A stretch of DNA of 64,000 nucleotides, from contig JBBTRH010000007.1 in assembly GCA_038065275.1 (NCBI GenBank), forward strand, positions 2,873 to 66,872, in the 5' to 3' direction. This DNA is from Patescibacteria group bacterium. GTDB lineage: Bacteria > Patescibacteriota > Patescibacteriia > SBBC01 > CAIJZX01. A program made the position numbers and the translations under genes. Shown in pieces: positions 1 to 10,280 of the stretch (position 1 is the stretch's first letter; every line of letters begins with the position of its first letter). Below the pieces are notes generated by a model that made no database searches, was not told the DNA's origin, and saw only the letters and a program-made list of their open reading frames with translations.

Positions 1-1325
1 AACAGCTCTTCGCGCCGGGCAACCATTTCTTCTTTAGTTTTCGCCTCAACCGTCAAGCGCAGTAGCGGTTCGGTGTTCGACGGCCGGACATTAAACCACC
101 AGGTCGGGTATTCGACGGTCAGGCCGTCAGTTTCGTCTGGTGCGCCGGTGGCGTACACAGCTTTGATCTTGGCGATCGTCCCCGAAATATCGTCAACCTT
201 CGAGTTCACTTCCGCGTCATGGGCGTAGATATCAATGGCGCGGACCAGTTCTGACAGCGGTTTGTCCTGGCCGCTCAAGAAATCAAGTCCGGCCACCATC
301 GCGTCAAGTCCGGAGTCGGCGTAGTAGTGGTCGCGAAAAAAGAAGTGTCCGGAAATTTCGCCGCCGAACGGCGCGTCATGCTGGCGCATGGCCGGTTTCA
401 TGTACGCGTGGCCGACCGCCGAACGGATCGGCTGACCGCCCGCCTTGGTAATTTCTTCGGGGACCATGTGCGAGCAGATCAGGTTGTAAACGATGGCCGA
501 ACCGGGATATAGCTTGAGAAAGTGTTTGGCCAGGAGCGCGGTCATGGCGTCGCCCAAGACGCGTTGGCCGTGTTCATCGGTGAAGAACATCCGATCGGCG
601 TCGGCATCGAACGCCACGCCGACATCCGCTTTGGCGCTTAGCACCGCTGATTTCAATCCATCAAGCGCGCCGGGCGCTAACGGGTTCGGATTGCGGCCGG
701 GAAACGTTCCGTCCGGCTCCATGTTGATGGCCGACCAGGCGAACGGCAGACGAGCCATCACGTCCGGCAGAAAACGGCTGACCGTTCCGTTGCCCGGATC
801 AATGACTACTTTCAGTTTGCGGGCTGACATGAACGTACCGAAAGATAACACCTGTTCAACATAGGCCGGTTGAATGTCGAAATTGGTCAAGGTGCCGGGT
901 CTGGCCGCCTGTTTAGCGAAGCCATCGGCCGCGACTATGTCACCGATTTGCTTGATCCCCTGATCGCCGAACAGCGGGATAGCCTGTTCACGCGTAAATT
1001 TCACGCCGTTCCATTGCGGCGGGTTATGGGACGCGGTCACCATCGCCCCGCCGTCATAGCCGTATTTCCCAACGGCGAAATACAACGCGTCCGTCGTCAC
1101 CACGCCGATGTCAACCACCGCGACGCCGAGACTGCGGATGCCGTCAATCAACGCCGCTTGCAATTCCGGCCCCGAGACGCGTACATCGCGGCCCGTCACT
1201 ACTCGCTTCGGCTTCAAATAAGTCGCGTACGCCTGGCCGATCGCCCGCATGATCTCGGTTGAAAGGTTGTCGCCGACCACGCCGCGAATGTCGTAAGTTT
1301 TGAAGATGGACGAGTCTACTTGCAT
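1..1325 (-). CDS. Phosphomannomutase/phosphoglucomutase (alpha-D-phosphohexomutase), C-terminus cut by window edge
   Basis: Minus-strand ATG at 1325..1323 reads MQVDSSIFKTYDIRGV..., with the phosphoserine loop MVTASHNPPQWNG (TASHNP motif). The ORF runs off position 1 and is therefore missing from the track. The plus-strand ORFs 327-1262 are antisense artefacts. Confidence 0.85.
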   Translation of the reverse strand, partial: MQVDSSIFKTYDIRGVVGDNLSTEIMRAIGQAYATYLKPKRVVTGRDVRVSGPELQAALIDGIRSLGVAVVDIGVVTTDALYFAVGKYGYDGGAMVTASHNPPQWNGVKFTREQAIPLFGDQGIKQIGDIVAADGFAKQAARPGTLTNFDIQPAYVEQVLSFGTFMSARKLKVVIDPGNGTVSRFLPDVMARLPFAWSAINMEPDGTFPGRNPNPLAPGALDGLKSAVLSAKADVGVAFDADADRMFFTDEHGQRVLGDAMTALLAKHFLKLYPGSAIVYNLICSHMVPEEITKAGGQPIRSAVGHAYMKPAMRQHDAPFGGEISGHFFFRDHYYADSGLDAMVAGLDFLSGQDKPLSELVRAIDIYAHDAEVNSKVDDISGTIAKIKAVYATGAPDETDGLTVEYPTWWFNVRPSNTEPLLRLTVEAKTKEEMVARREEL

Positions 1326-1686
1326 AGTGGTAATTATTAATACCCGCTTGGTGTGCCTATCAACTGTGAAATTGGTAATTTACTAGTCCACCCTGAGCCA
1401 TAATCTTTCGAGGCGAAGGGTCTGGGATCAACATTCATACAAGCAGTATATCACGACTATTGACGTCTCGACGACTTCGTGGTAAGAAGCCTTAGCTTCG
1501 AGAAACGCTCGAGGCTTGCCCTTTGACAACGGGCGTTCCGCCTGGCGTACCGACCGGAGGATCCCGTCCCGAGCAAAGCCGAGGGACCGGATGGACCGCG
1601 TCCGTATCGCCACCCGCCTGTCCCGAGCGGAGTCGAGGGATCTCTCCCTTGACACCGCGAATGACATGGCCGGAAAGGAGAACGTA

Positions 1687-2658
1687 ATGAAACGTCCCAA
1701 AGCGTGGTTCGACCGAAGGTACAGTCACAAACACGTTATTCCTCGCTCTGGATGGTCGTTGTGGTTTTTCTTTCTGCTTTTTCTCGCGTTCACTGCCAGT
1801 AGCGTCATCGGCTTGTTCCGGGTTTGGGGTGACGCTTTTCTCGGGGGCACGGCCGCACCAATCACCGTCCTTCGGGCATTTGGACTGACCCTTCTCACCG
1901 GACTCATTATCTCGGCTACAGGGGGTGTGTCCTTTCTTCTGTTTTCCCGGGAGCTGTGGCCCAAGCATATTCGCGGTTACGTTCTGTGGATCTTGACCGG
2001 CTCGAGCGGTCGTGAGTGGCGCGTCGTCACCCCCCGTGGCCAGCGGCCGCGGCTCAAGACGGCTAATCTCTTCGCTCTCGGTGTTCCGCTCGGCGGGTGG
2101 TGGCATTCCGGCCAGATCTGGAACGGCTCGGACCGCCTGACGCTCGACGTGAGGCAAAAATCTGAGTGGATGGGAAAGAAGATCCAAATTCGCGATCCCT
2201 TCTATCATGATTTGGTCTCCACCAGCTACGAGGACACTACCGCCGTGCTCCGACTGCTTCGAGAAAATCCCTCCGGGGCATGGCGTGACATCCTGTACCA
2301 GGCTCAGCTCAAGATCGAAGGCCTGCGGACGGACAACGAGCGGCTACAAAGCCGAATCCGGGGAGATCGAGACCGTATTCTCGGCCTCGAGACTCAACTC
2401 TCTGACTGGAGAGACGCGGCTGACGAGCTCTTCAACAGCCTGATGGGGACGAGTCGGCTCGTTTATTCCAGTGAAGGCCAGGAGATCGCCCGCCGGTGGC
2501 GTGATCAACTGCTCAAGCTCATGCCGGAGAACATGAGCACCTATCTGAAGTACCGCGAGGCCCAGATTCCGCCGACTCGACGGCGTCTGAAAACGACCCG
2601 TGAAGACCCTCCTCACCGGTCATCCGACCACGGTAAAACACCGACGAACGTCGGCTAG
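1687..2658 (+). CDS. Hypothetical membrane protein with C-terminal coiled-coil region
   Basis: ORF 1516..2658 trimmed to Met58 (ATG 1687), which is preceded by GGAAAGGAG at 1672-1680. It has hydrophobic helices (WSLWFFFLLFLAF...) and a heptad-like C-terminus, and is followed by an intrinsic terminator. Confidence 0.55.
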   Translation: MKRPKAWFDRRYSHKHVIPRSGWSLWFFFLLFLAFTASSVIGLFRVWGDAFLGGTAAPITVLRAFGLTLLTGLIISATGGVSFLLFSRELWPKHIRGYVLWILTGSSGREWRVVTPRGQRPRLKTANLFALGVPLGGWWHSGQIWNGSDRLTLDVRQKSEWMGKKIQIRDPFYHDLVSTSYEDTTAVLRLLRENPSGAWRDILYQAQLKIEGLRTDNERLQSRIRGDRDRILGLETQLSDWRDAADELFNSLMGTSRLVYSSEGQEIARRWRDQLLKLMPENMSTYLKYREAQIPPTRRRLKTTREDPPHRSSDHGKTPTNVG

Positions 2659-2673
2659 CACCTCAACTCTATC

Positions 2674-2706
2674 GAGCCGCCGAGCAATCCGCGGCTCGTT
2701 TTTTTT
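2674..2706 (+). terminator. Rho-independent terminator
   Basis: GAGCCGC-N10-GCGGCTC stem followed by a T8 run. Confidence 0.7.
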
Positions 2707-2731
2707 ACGAAAAGTTGCTATACTTTTGCCG

Positions 2732-3553
2732 ATGTTCCTCCATACCTGGCACCCGCAACCATTGATCGCCGCCCTCGGCGGATTTTCCTTTCGCTGGTAC
2801 GGTTTGCTGTTGGCGCTGGCGGCGTTGGTCGGTTTCGGCCTGATTCAACGGATCGGCCGGCGCTACCGGCTCGACGTCAACCGCCTGTTCGACTTGGCGC
2901 TGATCACCCTCGTCGCCGGTTCCATCGGCGCCCGGATCTACCATGTCCTCAACGAATGGACGTACTACTGGGCTCGTCCGACGGAGATGTGGAAGGTCTG
3001 GAACGGCGGCTTGGCCCTACATGGCGGGTTAATCGTCGGCGCCGCGGCGCTGTTCATCATGGCCAGACGCTGGAAATGGAACGCTTGGTTGATCGCCGAC
3101 GTCATGGCTCCGGCGGTAGCCCTCGGCCAAGCTATCGGCCGCTGGGGCAACTACGCCAACCAGGAACTGTTCGGCCGGCCGACCTTGCTTCCTTGGGGCA
3201 TCCCGATCGATCCCCTCAACCGCCCGCCGGCCTACGTGACGCAGACGTATTTCCATCCCACCTTTCTCTACGAATCGCTTGGTCTGTTGGTCATCGCCGT
3301 TTTGCTGTGGCTGATGCACCGGCGTCGGTGGCGGGTGTCGGCTTCGTCACAGCCTCAACCCTACGGCGCTATTGCACTGGCCTATTTCGTCCTGTATTCG
3401 GTCCTGCGCATCAGCACCGAATCGCTTCGCCTCGACCGCACGCCCATCATCGGCGGCGTTCGTTTGCCCATTCTCGTCAGCGGATTGATAATCGTGGTCG
3501 CGCTGGTTATTCTCTTCATCCGCTACCGCCGCACACCTGCCAGTTCCGTTTGA
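2732..3553 (+). CDS. lgt: Prolipoprotein diacylglyceryl transferase
   Basis: Polytopic membrane protein with the Lgt signature GRWGNYANQELFG. Start taken at Met45 of ORF 2600..3553. Confidence 0.85.
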   Translation: MFLHTWHPQPLIAALGGFSFRWYGLLLALAALVGFGLIQRIGRRYRLDVNRLFDLALITLVAGSIGARIYHVLNEWTYYWARPTEMWKVWNGGLALHGGLIVGAAALFIMARRWKWNAWLIADVMAPAVALGQAIGRWGNYANQELFGRPTLLPWGIPIDPLNRPPAYVTQTYFHPTFLYESLGLLVIAVLLWLMHRRRWRVSASSQPQPYGAIALAYFVLYSVLRISTESLRLDRTPIIGGVRLPILVSGLIIVVALVILFIRYRRTPASSV

Positions 3554-3594
3554 CCCCCGTTAGAGGCTTCACTCATAAAACTTATCCGACACGC

Positions 3595-4857
3595 ATGTTG
3601 AACAATTCGAAAAATGCGGCCTCTAGCGGGGTTGATCCTCAATTGAAGAGGTTGCTGAACGCCGAACTCAAGCGTCAACGTGATGGTTTGACATTGATCG
3701 CTTCGGAGAACATTGTTTCGCCGGCGGTCCTGAAGGCGGTCGGCAGTGTCTTAACGAACAAGTACTCCGAAGGCTACCCCGGCAAACGTTATTACGGCGG
3801 CAATCAGTTCATCGACGAAATCGAAAGGCTCGCCATTGCTCGGGCGAAAAAACTTTTTGGCGCCGAACACGCTAACGTCCAGTCCCACGCCGGCGCGATC
3901 GCGAATATCGCCGTGTTTTTTACCTTCTTGAAACCTGGCGACACGATATTGTCGATGAGTCTGCGCGCCGGCGGCCACCTCACTCATGGTTACAAACTCA
4001 ATCTTTCCGGCCAGGTCTACGACGTGGTCCACTACGGCGTCAATGCCGACGGTTTCATCGACTACGATGAAGTCGAGCGCTTGGCGCTTGCCCGGAAACC
4101 AAAACTGATCATCTCCGGCGCCTCGGCCTACCCGCGACAGATCGACTTCAAGCGTTTCGGCGCCATCGCCAAGAAGGTCGGCGCCTATCACCTGGCTGAC
4201 GTGGCTCATGTGGCCGGTTTGATCGTGACCGGTTTACATCCTGATCCAATCCCGTACGCTGATGTCGTTACGACCACCACGCACAAAACATTACGCGGGC
4301 CGCGCGGTGCGATCATCCTCTGTAAAGCCGAGCATGCCGATCTGATCGATAAAGCCGTTATGCCCGGCATTCAGGGTGGTCCGCTTGATCACGTTATTGC
4401 CGGAAAAGCACAGGCTTTCGCCGAAGCGCTGACGCCGGCCTTCAAAAAATACCAACAGCAAGTCATTAAAAACGCGGCGCGAATGGCTGAGACGCTGGCC
4501 GGTCATGGCTTAGCCCTCGCCACCGGCGGCACGGATAACCATCTTATCTTGGCTGATGTCACGCCGATGAATCTCACCGGCGCACAAGCTGAGGTATTAC
4601 TCGAATCGGCGGGAATATACGTCAACAAGAACTTAATCCCGAACGACCCGCGAAAAGCTTTGGACCCCTCCGGCATCCGTCTCGGCACGCCGGCTATCAC
4701 CTCGCGTGGGCTCAAGGAAAAAGATGTCGAAAATTTAGCTCATCTGATATTACAACTGCTCCTAGCGCCCACGAATGCTGTTATCAAACGCCGCGTCGCG
4801 GCCGCTGTTCGAACACTGACCAAGCGTTTTCCACTCTACCCGGGTTTGAAAGCATGA
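3595..4857 (+). CDS. glyA: Serine hydroxymethyltransferase
   Basis: Met214 of ORF 2956..4857, reading MLNNSK..LIASENIVSPAVLKAVGSVLTNKYSEGYPGKRYYGG...TTTTHKTLRGPRG (PLP-lysine region). The N-terminal 213 aa of the tracked ORF are an out-of-context extension. Confidence 0.9.
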   Translation: MLNNSKNAASSGVDPQLKRLLNAELKRQRDGLTLIASENIVSPAVLKAVGSVLTNKYSEGYPGKRYYGGNQFIDEIERLAIARAKKLFGAEHANVQSHAGAIANIAVFFTFLKPGDTILSMSLRAGGHLTHGYKLNLSGQVYDVVHYGVNADGFIDYDEVERLALARKPKLIISGASAYPRQIDFKRFGAIAKKVGAYHLADVAHVAGLIVTGLHPDPIPYADVVTTTTHKTLRGPRGAIILCKAEHADLIDKAVMPGIQGGPLDHVIAGKAQAFAEALTPAFKKYQQQVIKNAARMAETLAGHGLALATGGTDNHLILADVTPMNLTGAQAEVLLESAGIYVNKNLIPNDPRKALDPSGIRLGTPAITSRGLKEKDVENLAHLILQLLLAPTNAVIKRRVAAAVRTLTKRFPLYPGLKA

Positions 4858-4884
4858 TCCCGTTTCGTTCAAATGGATTTCTAA

Positions 4885-4993
4885 TCCCGTTAGAAATGAA
4901 CGAAGATGAACTATTGGTAAAAGCGAGGTTGTATTTACTTCCGCTACATTTTTCAAAAATAACGTTTTATTCATTTCTAACGGGACTAACGGG
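4885..4993. repeat. CCCGTTAGA hairpin element, copy 1
   Basis: Left arm TCCCGTTAGAAATGAA (4885-4900) and right arm TTCATTTCTAACGGGA (4970-4985), followed by a second CTAACGGG that abuts the folD ATG. The spacer is AT-rich. Confidence 0.7.
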
Positions 4994-5797
4994 ATGAGCG
5001 CGATCAAGCTCGACGGCCGCCGCGCGGCTGATCGAATGTTGGTACAATTAAAGAAAAAAATTCGGCGCACGCGGGAACCGATCACGTTAGCCACGATTCT
5101 CGTCGGTTCGCGTTATGATTCATCCCTCTACGTCCGCCTCAAGCGCCGCGCGGCCACTCGCGTCGGGATTAAAACCGAAGCGCATCATCTTCCGGCAACG
5201 ACAAAACAAGCGTCCTTGACGCGCCTGATTCGCGCGCTCAACCACCGCAAAAACATCAGCGGCATTCTACTACAACTCCCTTTGCCACCGCGCCTCGATG
5301 CTGACGCGGCCATCCGCGTCATCGATCCCCGCAAAGATGTTGACGGTTTTCACCCGCGCAACGCCGTAGTTGTTCCCCCGCCGGTAGCCGCCGTCTTGCG
5401 TCTTATCAATCTCGGCCAACCGCCGCGAGGTTCGTTCGCGGCCATCGTCGCCCAGCCGTCAGTTTTTACCGCCCGACTGGCGACCGAACTTGCCCGCCAT
5501 GGTTTTGTTCCGGCTGTCGTTGAACCGCACCGTAATCTGAACCTGGTCACGACCAAAGCCGACATTGTCGTCACCGCGCTTGGTCAGGGCGCGCGCTTGA
5601 CGGCCCGCGACGTCAAGCGTGGCGCGATCATCGTCGATGTCGGAATACGTCGGCACGGTAAAAAAACCATCGGCGATGTTCATCCCTCAGCCTGGAAAAA
5701 AGCTAAGGCCATCAGTCCCGTACCCGGCGGAGTTGGGCCGTTGACGGTCTCCTGCGTCCTCGAAAATACTTATCAGCTGGCCGAACATCAGTCGTGA
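4994..5797 (+). CDS. folD: Bifunctional methylenetetrahydrofolate dehydrogenase/cyclohydrolase
   Basis: KDVDGFHP motif; follows glyA, giving a one-carbon metabolism pair. Confidence 0.9.
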   Translation: MSAIKLDGRRAADRMLVQLKKKIRRTREPITLATILVGSRYDSSLYVRLKRRAATRVGIKTEAHHLPATTKQASLTRLIRALNHRKNISGILLQLPLPPRLDADAAIRVIDPRKDVDGFHPRNAVVVPPPVAAVLRLINLGQPPRGSFAAIVAQPSVFTARLATELARHGFVPAVVEPHRNLNLVTTKADIVVTALGQGARLTARDVKRGAIIVDVGIRRHGKKTIGDVHPSAWKKAKAISPVPGGVGPLTVSCVLENTYQLAEHQS

Positions 5798-5846
5798 TCC
5801 TCCAAAATCTTGGGTTCGAGAAAAAGGAATTGACCGGCGAGCAAGC

Positions 5847-6044
5847 GTGAAGCTCCGCCAGTCGCCGCCTTTGGCGGGATCCCGCTTGCGGCGGTGACAG
5901 GAGCTGGCGGCCTCACCGAGATGCGGTGCGGAGCCACGTAGAAGCCAGGCGCTTTACGTGGCGGAGCGTAACCCCGCACCGGAGGCCGAGCGCACCATAC
6001 TCCTCCACCGACAGAGTCGGTGGCCTCCTGGTGCGCGGGTAAAA
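5847..6044. repeat. GC-rich structured repeat, copy 1 (129-nt core plus 36- and 33-bp insertions)
   Basis: Matches 10281-10409 exactly outside two insertions. The core has several internal stems, including CCACCGAC-AGAG-TCGGTGG and GGTGCGG-N9-CCGCACC. Confidence 0.75.
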
Positions 6045-6074
6045 AAGAACCGCGCCCATCGATCGCGGTTTTTC
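6041..6074. terminator. Bidirectional intrinsic terminator
   Basis: A6-AACCGCG-N9-CGCGGTT-T5. It gives T6 on the minus strand directly after the stop of the 6079..6645 gene. Confidence 0.7.
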
Positions 6075-6078
6075 GTTG

Positions 6079-6645
6079 TCATATCCCCTGGCCGTTGGCC
6101 AAGAGGATGAAATTGCGGAGCGTGACCGAGTCGATCGGCAGTCGAATCGTCGTGCGGAGATACCCGCCCTCATCGGGACGTCCCGTGACGATCGCGACGC
6201 GGCCCGGCGGCCAGGGGTATTTTCCGAAACGATAGATCTCCAACCGAATGCCGTTTGCCGGACGCAACGGGCGGCCGTCGCCGTCAAGGATCCGGAGACT
6301 GATGCCGAGATCAGCCTGATCCTGTTTACCGGCGCGACGAATGAGTCCGGTGAGGAACATCGAATCGACCGGAAACTTGGCCATGACCAGCATGTTTCCT
6401 TCGCTGTCGAGCCGGCCGATGATGTACGCCCAACGGCCCGGCGCCCAGGTAGTCTGGCCGAAACGGGATACTTCCAAGCGGACGCCCGTCGGCGGATGGA
6501 GCGGCTGTCCATTTCCGTCAAGGACCCGGACCCCGACGCACATTTCAACGATTTTGATGTGTCCGCCATCCCTCGCGAATCCGGCTGTCGGATTCACCAT
6601 CGGGCCAAGGAGCAGAATGGCTATCATCCACCGAGACAGATGCAT
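6079..6645 (-). CDS. Secreted hypothetical protein with two internal ~60-aa repeats
   Basis: Signal peptide MHLSRWMIAILLLGPMVNPTAGFA. Two tandem repeats: VRVLDGNGQPLHPPTGVRLEVSRFG... and LRILDGDGRPLRPANGIRLEIYRFG... Confidence 0.7.
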   Translation of the reverse strand: MHLSRWMIAILLLGPMVNPTAGFARDGGHIKIVEMCVGVRVLDGNGQPLHPPTGVRLEVSRFGQTTWAPGRWAYIIGRLDSEGNMLVMAKFPVDSMFLTGLIRRAGKQDQADLGISLRILDGDGRPLRPANGIRLEIYRFGKYPWPPGRVAIVTGRPDEGGYLRTTIRLPIDSVTLRNFILLANGQGI

Positions 6646-6763
6646 CTCGAACCCCCGTTGGACATGAGAAAGATCAGAACGTCGGTAATGTCGGACGGAT
6701 AATAGCGGGTGGACGCTACGTTGTCAATCTTTCGCGGCAAAAAGAAAAACGCCGCGTGGTGGA

Positions 6764-7039
6764 TTACGCGGCGGTGGGGCGGCGAGTTGGCAGTGTCCCG
6801 TACCGGATGCCGTTCGACAGGCGCACGCAATGCGTGCACGCTTGATGGAGTTCCAGAACCGCGTAGGCGGTCCAAACTCGATCAGCGTATTGCCAGACCG
6901 CTTCGAGGTTCCCCTCGATCAGCGACAAGACGGCGCGATCGTTGGCCGCCAGCAAGTCGGCGCGGTAGCCGCCGAGAATCTGGCGGTGGATCGTGTCGAT
7001 TCCTCGCAGGCGACACATAAACTCTTGGAGCTGTTCCAT
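6764..7039 (-). CDS. Hypothetical small protein (91 aa)
   Basis: ATG preceded by GGGAGGAG. A hairpin + T-run terminator overlaps the stop codon. Confidence 0.5.
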   Translation of the reverse strand: MEQLQEFMCRLRGIDTIHRQILGGYRADLLAANDRAVLSLIEGNLEAVWQYADRVWTAYAVLELHQACTHCVRLSNGIRYGTLPTRRPTAA

Positions 7040-7212
7040 GGCTCCTCCCTGAACAGCGGTGTAGCAAAGTCCGTATCATTTCCCTCCCGGTTCTCCGACG
7101 GTGCGATGCAAGGTGCGATGAGGATACACTACGTGATGTTGATGGTGATGTCAAGGCGCTATGAAGAGTGCCGTTGTCGCGGCGTCAACTGCGTGGTACG
7201 CTACATTCCCCT

Positions 7213-8292
7213 ATGTCATTTTCTGTTGGCATCGTTGGTCTGCCCAACGTCGGAAAATCATCGCTGTTTCAAGTGCTGACGAAAAAACAGGTCGACACTT
7301 CGAATTACCCCTTCGCCACCATTGATCCGAACGTCGGCGTCGTGGCCGTGCCGGACCCGCGGCTCGAAGTGTTGACAAAGATGGAAAAATCGGCCAAGAC
7401 GATCGCCACCGCCATCGAATTCGTCGACATCGCCGGCTTGGTCAAAGACGCGCATAAGGGCGAGGGTTTGGGCAATCAATTCCTGGCGAACATTCGCGAA
7501 GTCGATGCTATCACTGAAGTGGTGCGGGCTTTTGATGATCCGAATGTAATCCATGTCGCCGGCAAGATAGACCCCGCGTCTGACACGGCGACGATCGACA
7601 TCGAGCTGGCCATGGCCGACCTAAGCACCATCGCGAAAAGGCTTGACACGTTGACCAAACAAAAAAAGGCCGGATTGGACAAACAACAAACATCGGAACT
7701 GGCGTTGATCGAACGGGTCCACGCTCATCTTAGCGATGGAAAACCGGTTCGTGTTTTGCCTTTGACCGATGAAGAGCGCTCGGAACTGAAATCTCTCAAC
7801 TTGTTGACTATTAAACCGCTGATCTACATCCTCAACGTCAGTGAAAACCAAGTAGCCGCGTCCAGAGCGGAAACGTATGGCTTACCGCCGGAGCAAACTG
7901 TCGTCATCGCCGTGAAAGTCGAGCAGGAATTAGCCGACTTGAGTCCGGCTGATGCCGCCGCGTACCTCAAAGAACTCGGATTATCCGCTTCCGGCCTTGA
8001 CCGGCTGATCCAAACTGCGTACCGAACGCTCGGCCTGGTGACGTTCCTCACCACCGGCCCGGATGAGACACGGGCTTGGACAGTTCCGTCCGGCACGAAA
8101 GCGCCCCAAGCCGCCGCGGTTATCCACACTGATTTCGAACGGCATTTCATCCGCGCCGAAGTGGTAAGTTACCCTGATCTTGTCGCCGCTGGATCATGGG
8201 AGATGGCAAAAACGTCGGGGAAACTCAGAATCGAGGGAAAAACATATGTCATTCGGGATGGTGATGTCGTGTTTTTCCGAGTGAGTGTTTGA
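7213..8292 (+). CDS. ychF: Ribosome-binding ATPase YchF (Obg-like GTPase family)
   Basis: [20 protein letters not shown]1 motif; TGS domain at the C-terminus. Start at Met16 of ORF 7168..8292. Confidence 0.9.
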   Translation: MSFSVGIVGLPNVGKSSLFQVLTKKQVDTSNYPFATIDPNVGVVAVPDPRLEVLTKMEKSAKTIATAIEFVDIAGLVKDAHKGEGLGNQFLANIREVDAITEVVRAFDDPNVIHVAGKIDPASDTATIDIELAMADLSTIAKRLDTLTKQKKAGLDKQQTSELALIERVHAHLSDGKPVRVLPLTDEERSELKSLNLLTIKPLIYILNVSENQVAASRAETYGLPPEQTVVIAVKVEQELADLSPADAAAYLKELGLSASGLDRLIQTAYRTLGLVTFLTTGPDETRAWTVPSGTKAPQAAAVIHTDFERHFIRAEVVSYPDLVAAGSWEMAKTSGKLRIEGKTYVIRDGDVVFFRVSV

Positions 8293-8300
8293 ACGGTTGA

Positions 8301-8403
8301 CCCAGCACCACATTGGCTAAAACAAAAGACTTGCCGATGATTCATTGATTACTACAACGTGACTTCTCAGTAAATCAACAAGTTAACCAATGTGGTGTCT
8401 GGG
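8301..8403. repeat. CCCAGCACCACA inverted-repeat element, copy 1
   Basis: CCCAGCACCACATTGG (8301-8316) and CCAATGTGGTGTCTGGG (8387-8403) flank a 70-bp AT-rich spacer. It starts 9 bp after the ychF stop. Confidence 0.65.
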
Positions 8404-8408
8404 TTAAT

Positions 8409-8508
8409 CCCGTTAGAAGCGGCTAAGCAAAAATTATTGATGAAGTGTTATTATGTGGCCACAAACAGAGTACACTATTTTGGTGCAGGTTTCCCCGCTT
8501 CTAATGGG
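8409..8508. repeat. CCCGTTAGA hairpin element, copy 2
   Basis: CCCGTTAGAAGCGG (8409-8422) and CCGCTTCTAATGGG (8495-8508), followed by TTGACA. Confidence 0.7.
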
Positions 8509-8625
8509 GTTGACAAGCCGTTGCCGTTTGTCGACGGAAGTCGTAGACTTGTACATAGTAGCCCTTTCCATTCCCAGTGATAAACACTCACGGGAGATTT
8601 GCGGCTCACACTTCAAGGAGGACGC

Positions 8626-8769
8626 GTGTTCAAGAGGAGCACGGTTCGCACCACCCAGCACCGCCGTCGGCTGATCCACGGTTACCGTAACCTGCTGGCC
8701 CGCTGGCTGACACCGTTCTGGAGGGTCAAGGACACCCGGCCGATCAGTGCGCGAACGTGAATCGCCCAT
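8626..8769 (+). CDS. Candidate small basic protein (47 aa)
   Basis: GTG start 8 nt after AAGGAGGA (8615-8622), reading MFKRSTVRTTQHRRRLIHGYRNLLARWLTPFWRVKDTRPISART. No homolog recognised, so this is speculative. Confidence 0.25.
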
Positions 8770-8926
8770 CACCCCTCGACACAAATCACCTCGGGGAGGA
8801 GCCTCCGATGCGAAGGCATCAGCTGACGCACACCCACAACCTGCGCTAGCGAGGAGGTGATCCGTATCTTCGCCGGGCTAATTCCCCGGTACGCCATACT
8901 GCCAGTCCGTTCGCGGGCTGGCTTTT

Positions 8927-10138
8927 TCACGTCAATGTCCACTTTCGGATTTGCCGTAACACCCGCGCCCCATCTCGCGCGTAGATAAGCATGTTTGGAT
9001 GAGGAATGTTTAAAATGGTAGCCGACGCATCGGACAGTAGCGGTTCTTGCCTGAATCCTAAGTTTGCGACCGCCTGTTCGATGTCAACGCGAATGTTCCC
9101 GTCGGGAAAAACATACTCCGGCCAGATCATCACCACCCGCGCGCCGGGCCGTAGCTTCGTCGCCCACTGTTCAAAACATCGAAGATACAGCGTTTGTACT
9201 TCTTTAGCCTGCTGACGCAACCACGGTCGCGGTTCATGTCCGCGCAACGGTTTACCCAAATACGGTTCGGTCACGATCACGTCGGCGGCCACATTGATAT
9301 GTCGCGCGTTGCGTGAGGTAATTTCCACCGTAGCCTGAACTTTTGGAAATTCTTTAAAGAGCCAACGGAGATTCTCCTGGCTCTCTCGCACCGCTCGCGA
9401 GTCCGCATCTGTCCCGTAGATTTCTTTCACGCCCATCAACACCGCTTCCTGTAAAATCGTACCCGCACCGCAGAATGGATCGAGCAGGATTGTTTGCTCA
9501 TTGACATTGGCAATATTCAACATCATCTGCGCCAGTTTTGGTGGCACCATGCCGCTCTTGGCGTTCGCGGCCGGGCGGCCGAAGTCGCGTCGGCCATAGG
9601 CTTCGTAATCCTGCACGGCTGTCGTCACGCCGACAATTACCTCCGATGCTGTTTTTACGAATACCAATTCTTTCCCCTTCTCCAACAATCCGTTTTTCTT
9701 CACGGTCACCGCCGACAGTTGCGGTTCGCGAGACGTGACGTACCGCACCGGTCGCCCAGTATGAACTAATTCTTTTTTCAAGCGAAGCCCCTGGCGATTC
9801 CCGGCCGCGCGTTCAGAATTCGACGCGCCGTAGACGCTTAGGCCGAATTCAATGCGGCCGCGGTCAGGAAAGAGTTTCTGCGCCCAGTCTCCGGACAACT
9901 CCTCGATCAGCGTCGTCACCAGATTCGTGGTGATCGGCCAGCGCTCAAGTACGGTCACCTGCTTGACGCTTCCGCCGAGGCGGTCAAGCGCCCGATCGGG
10001 CAATCCGCCCTCATGACGAACAAGCGCGACACTTGTTGACGCCACCGTTACCGCGGCCGACCATGCGGTCGTCATGGCCTCCAATTCCGCCACCGACAGT
10101 TCCGGCTCACGACCCAGGATAAACAGGGTTTCCGACAT
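8927..10138 (-). CDS. THUMP-domain class I SAM-dependent RNA methyltransferase
   Basis: SAM-binding motif LDPFCGAGTIL and catalytic TEPYLG (NPPY-like). THUMP-like N-terminus. Confidence 0.75.
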   Translation of the reverse strand: MSETLFILGREPELSVAELEAMTTAWSAAVTVASTSVALVRHEGGLPDRALDRLGGSVKQVTVLERWPITTNLVTTLIEELSGDWAQKLFPDRGRIEFGLSVYGASNSERAAGNRQGLRLKKELVHTGRPVRYVTSREPQLSAVTVKKNGLLEKGKELVFVKTASEVIVGVTTAVQDYEAYGRRDFGRPAANAKSGMVPPKLAQMMLNIANVNEQTILLDPFCGAGTILQEAVLMGVKEIYGTDADSRAVRESQENLRWLFKEFPKVQATVEITSRNARHINVAADVIVTEPYLGKPLRGHEPRPWLRQQAKEVQTLYLRCFEQWATKLRPGARVVMIWPEYVFPDGNIRVDIEQAVANLGFRQEPLLSDASATILNIPHPNMLIYARDGARVLRQIRKWTLT

Positions 10139-10280
10139 AGGTCGTCAGTATAGCGGAATTGGGCGCTCCTGCCGACTTTCCTGCCCAGCCCCACTTTTAC
10201 GCCCAATGAATCGCTTGATGAAAGGTTTATAAAACGTCTGCCAATACTCGCGGCGCTCACGCGTCGCCGGAAAATCAAGG

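Noticed and set aside
327-1262. Three plus-strand ORFs (61, 123 and 130 aa) at the window start
   Set aside because: They are antisense to a clear phosphomannomutase/phosphoglucomutase reading frame (TASHNP motif) on the minus strand and have odd Arg/Ala-rich composition.
2956-3594. The 213-aa N-terminal extension of the tracked 633-aa ORF
   Set aside because: It overlaps lgt in another frame. SHMT homology begins at Met214 (MLNNSK…), so glyA starts at 3595.
8510-8548. TTGACA at 8510 as the -35 for the TAGACT at 8543
   Set aside because: The spacer is 28 nt, too long for a sigma70 promoter. Only a weak TTGTCG-N18-TACATA alternative remains.
8434-8784. Minus-strand 116-aa ORF and plus-strand 73-aa ORF in the ychF-methyltransferase gap
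   Set aside because: Both have implausible composition and no motifs. The region is better explained as repeats plus a possible small ORF or RNA.
8509-8926. RNase P RNA or tmRNA in this GC-rich gap
   Set aside because: No P4 consensus (AGGAAAGUCCGGGCUCC-like), no tRNA-like 3' end (GGUUCGA…CCA), and no tag-peptide reading frame.
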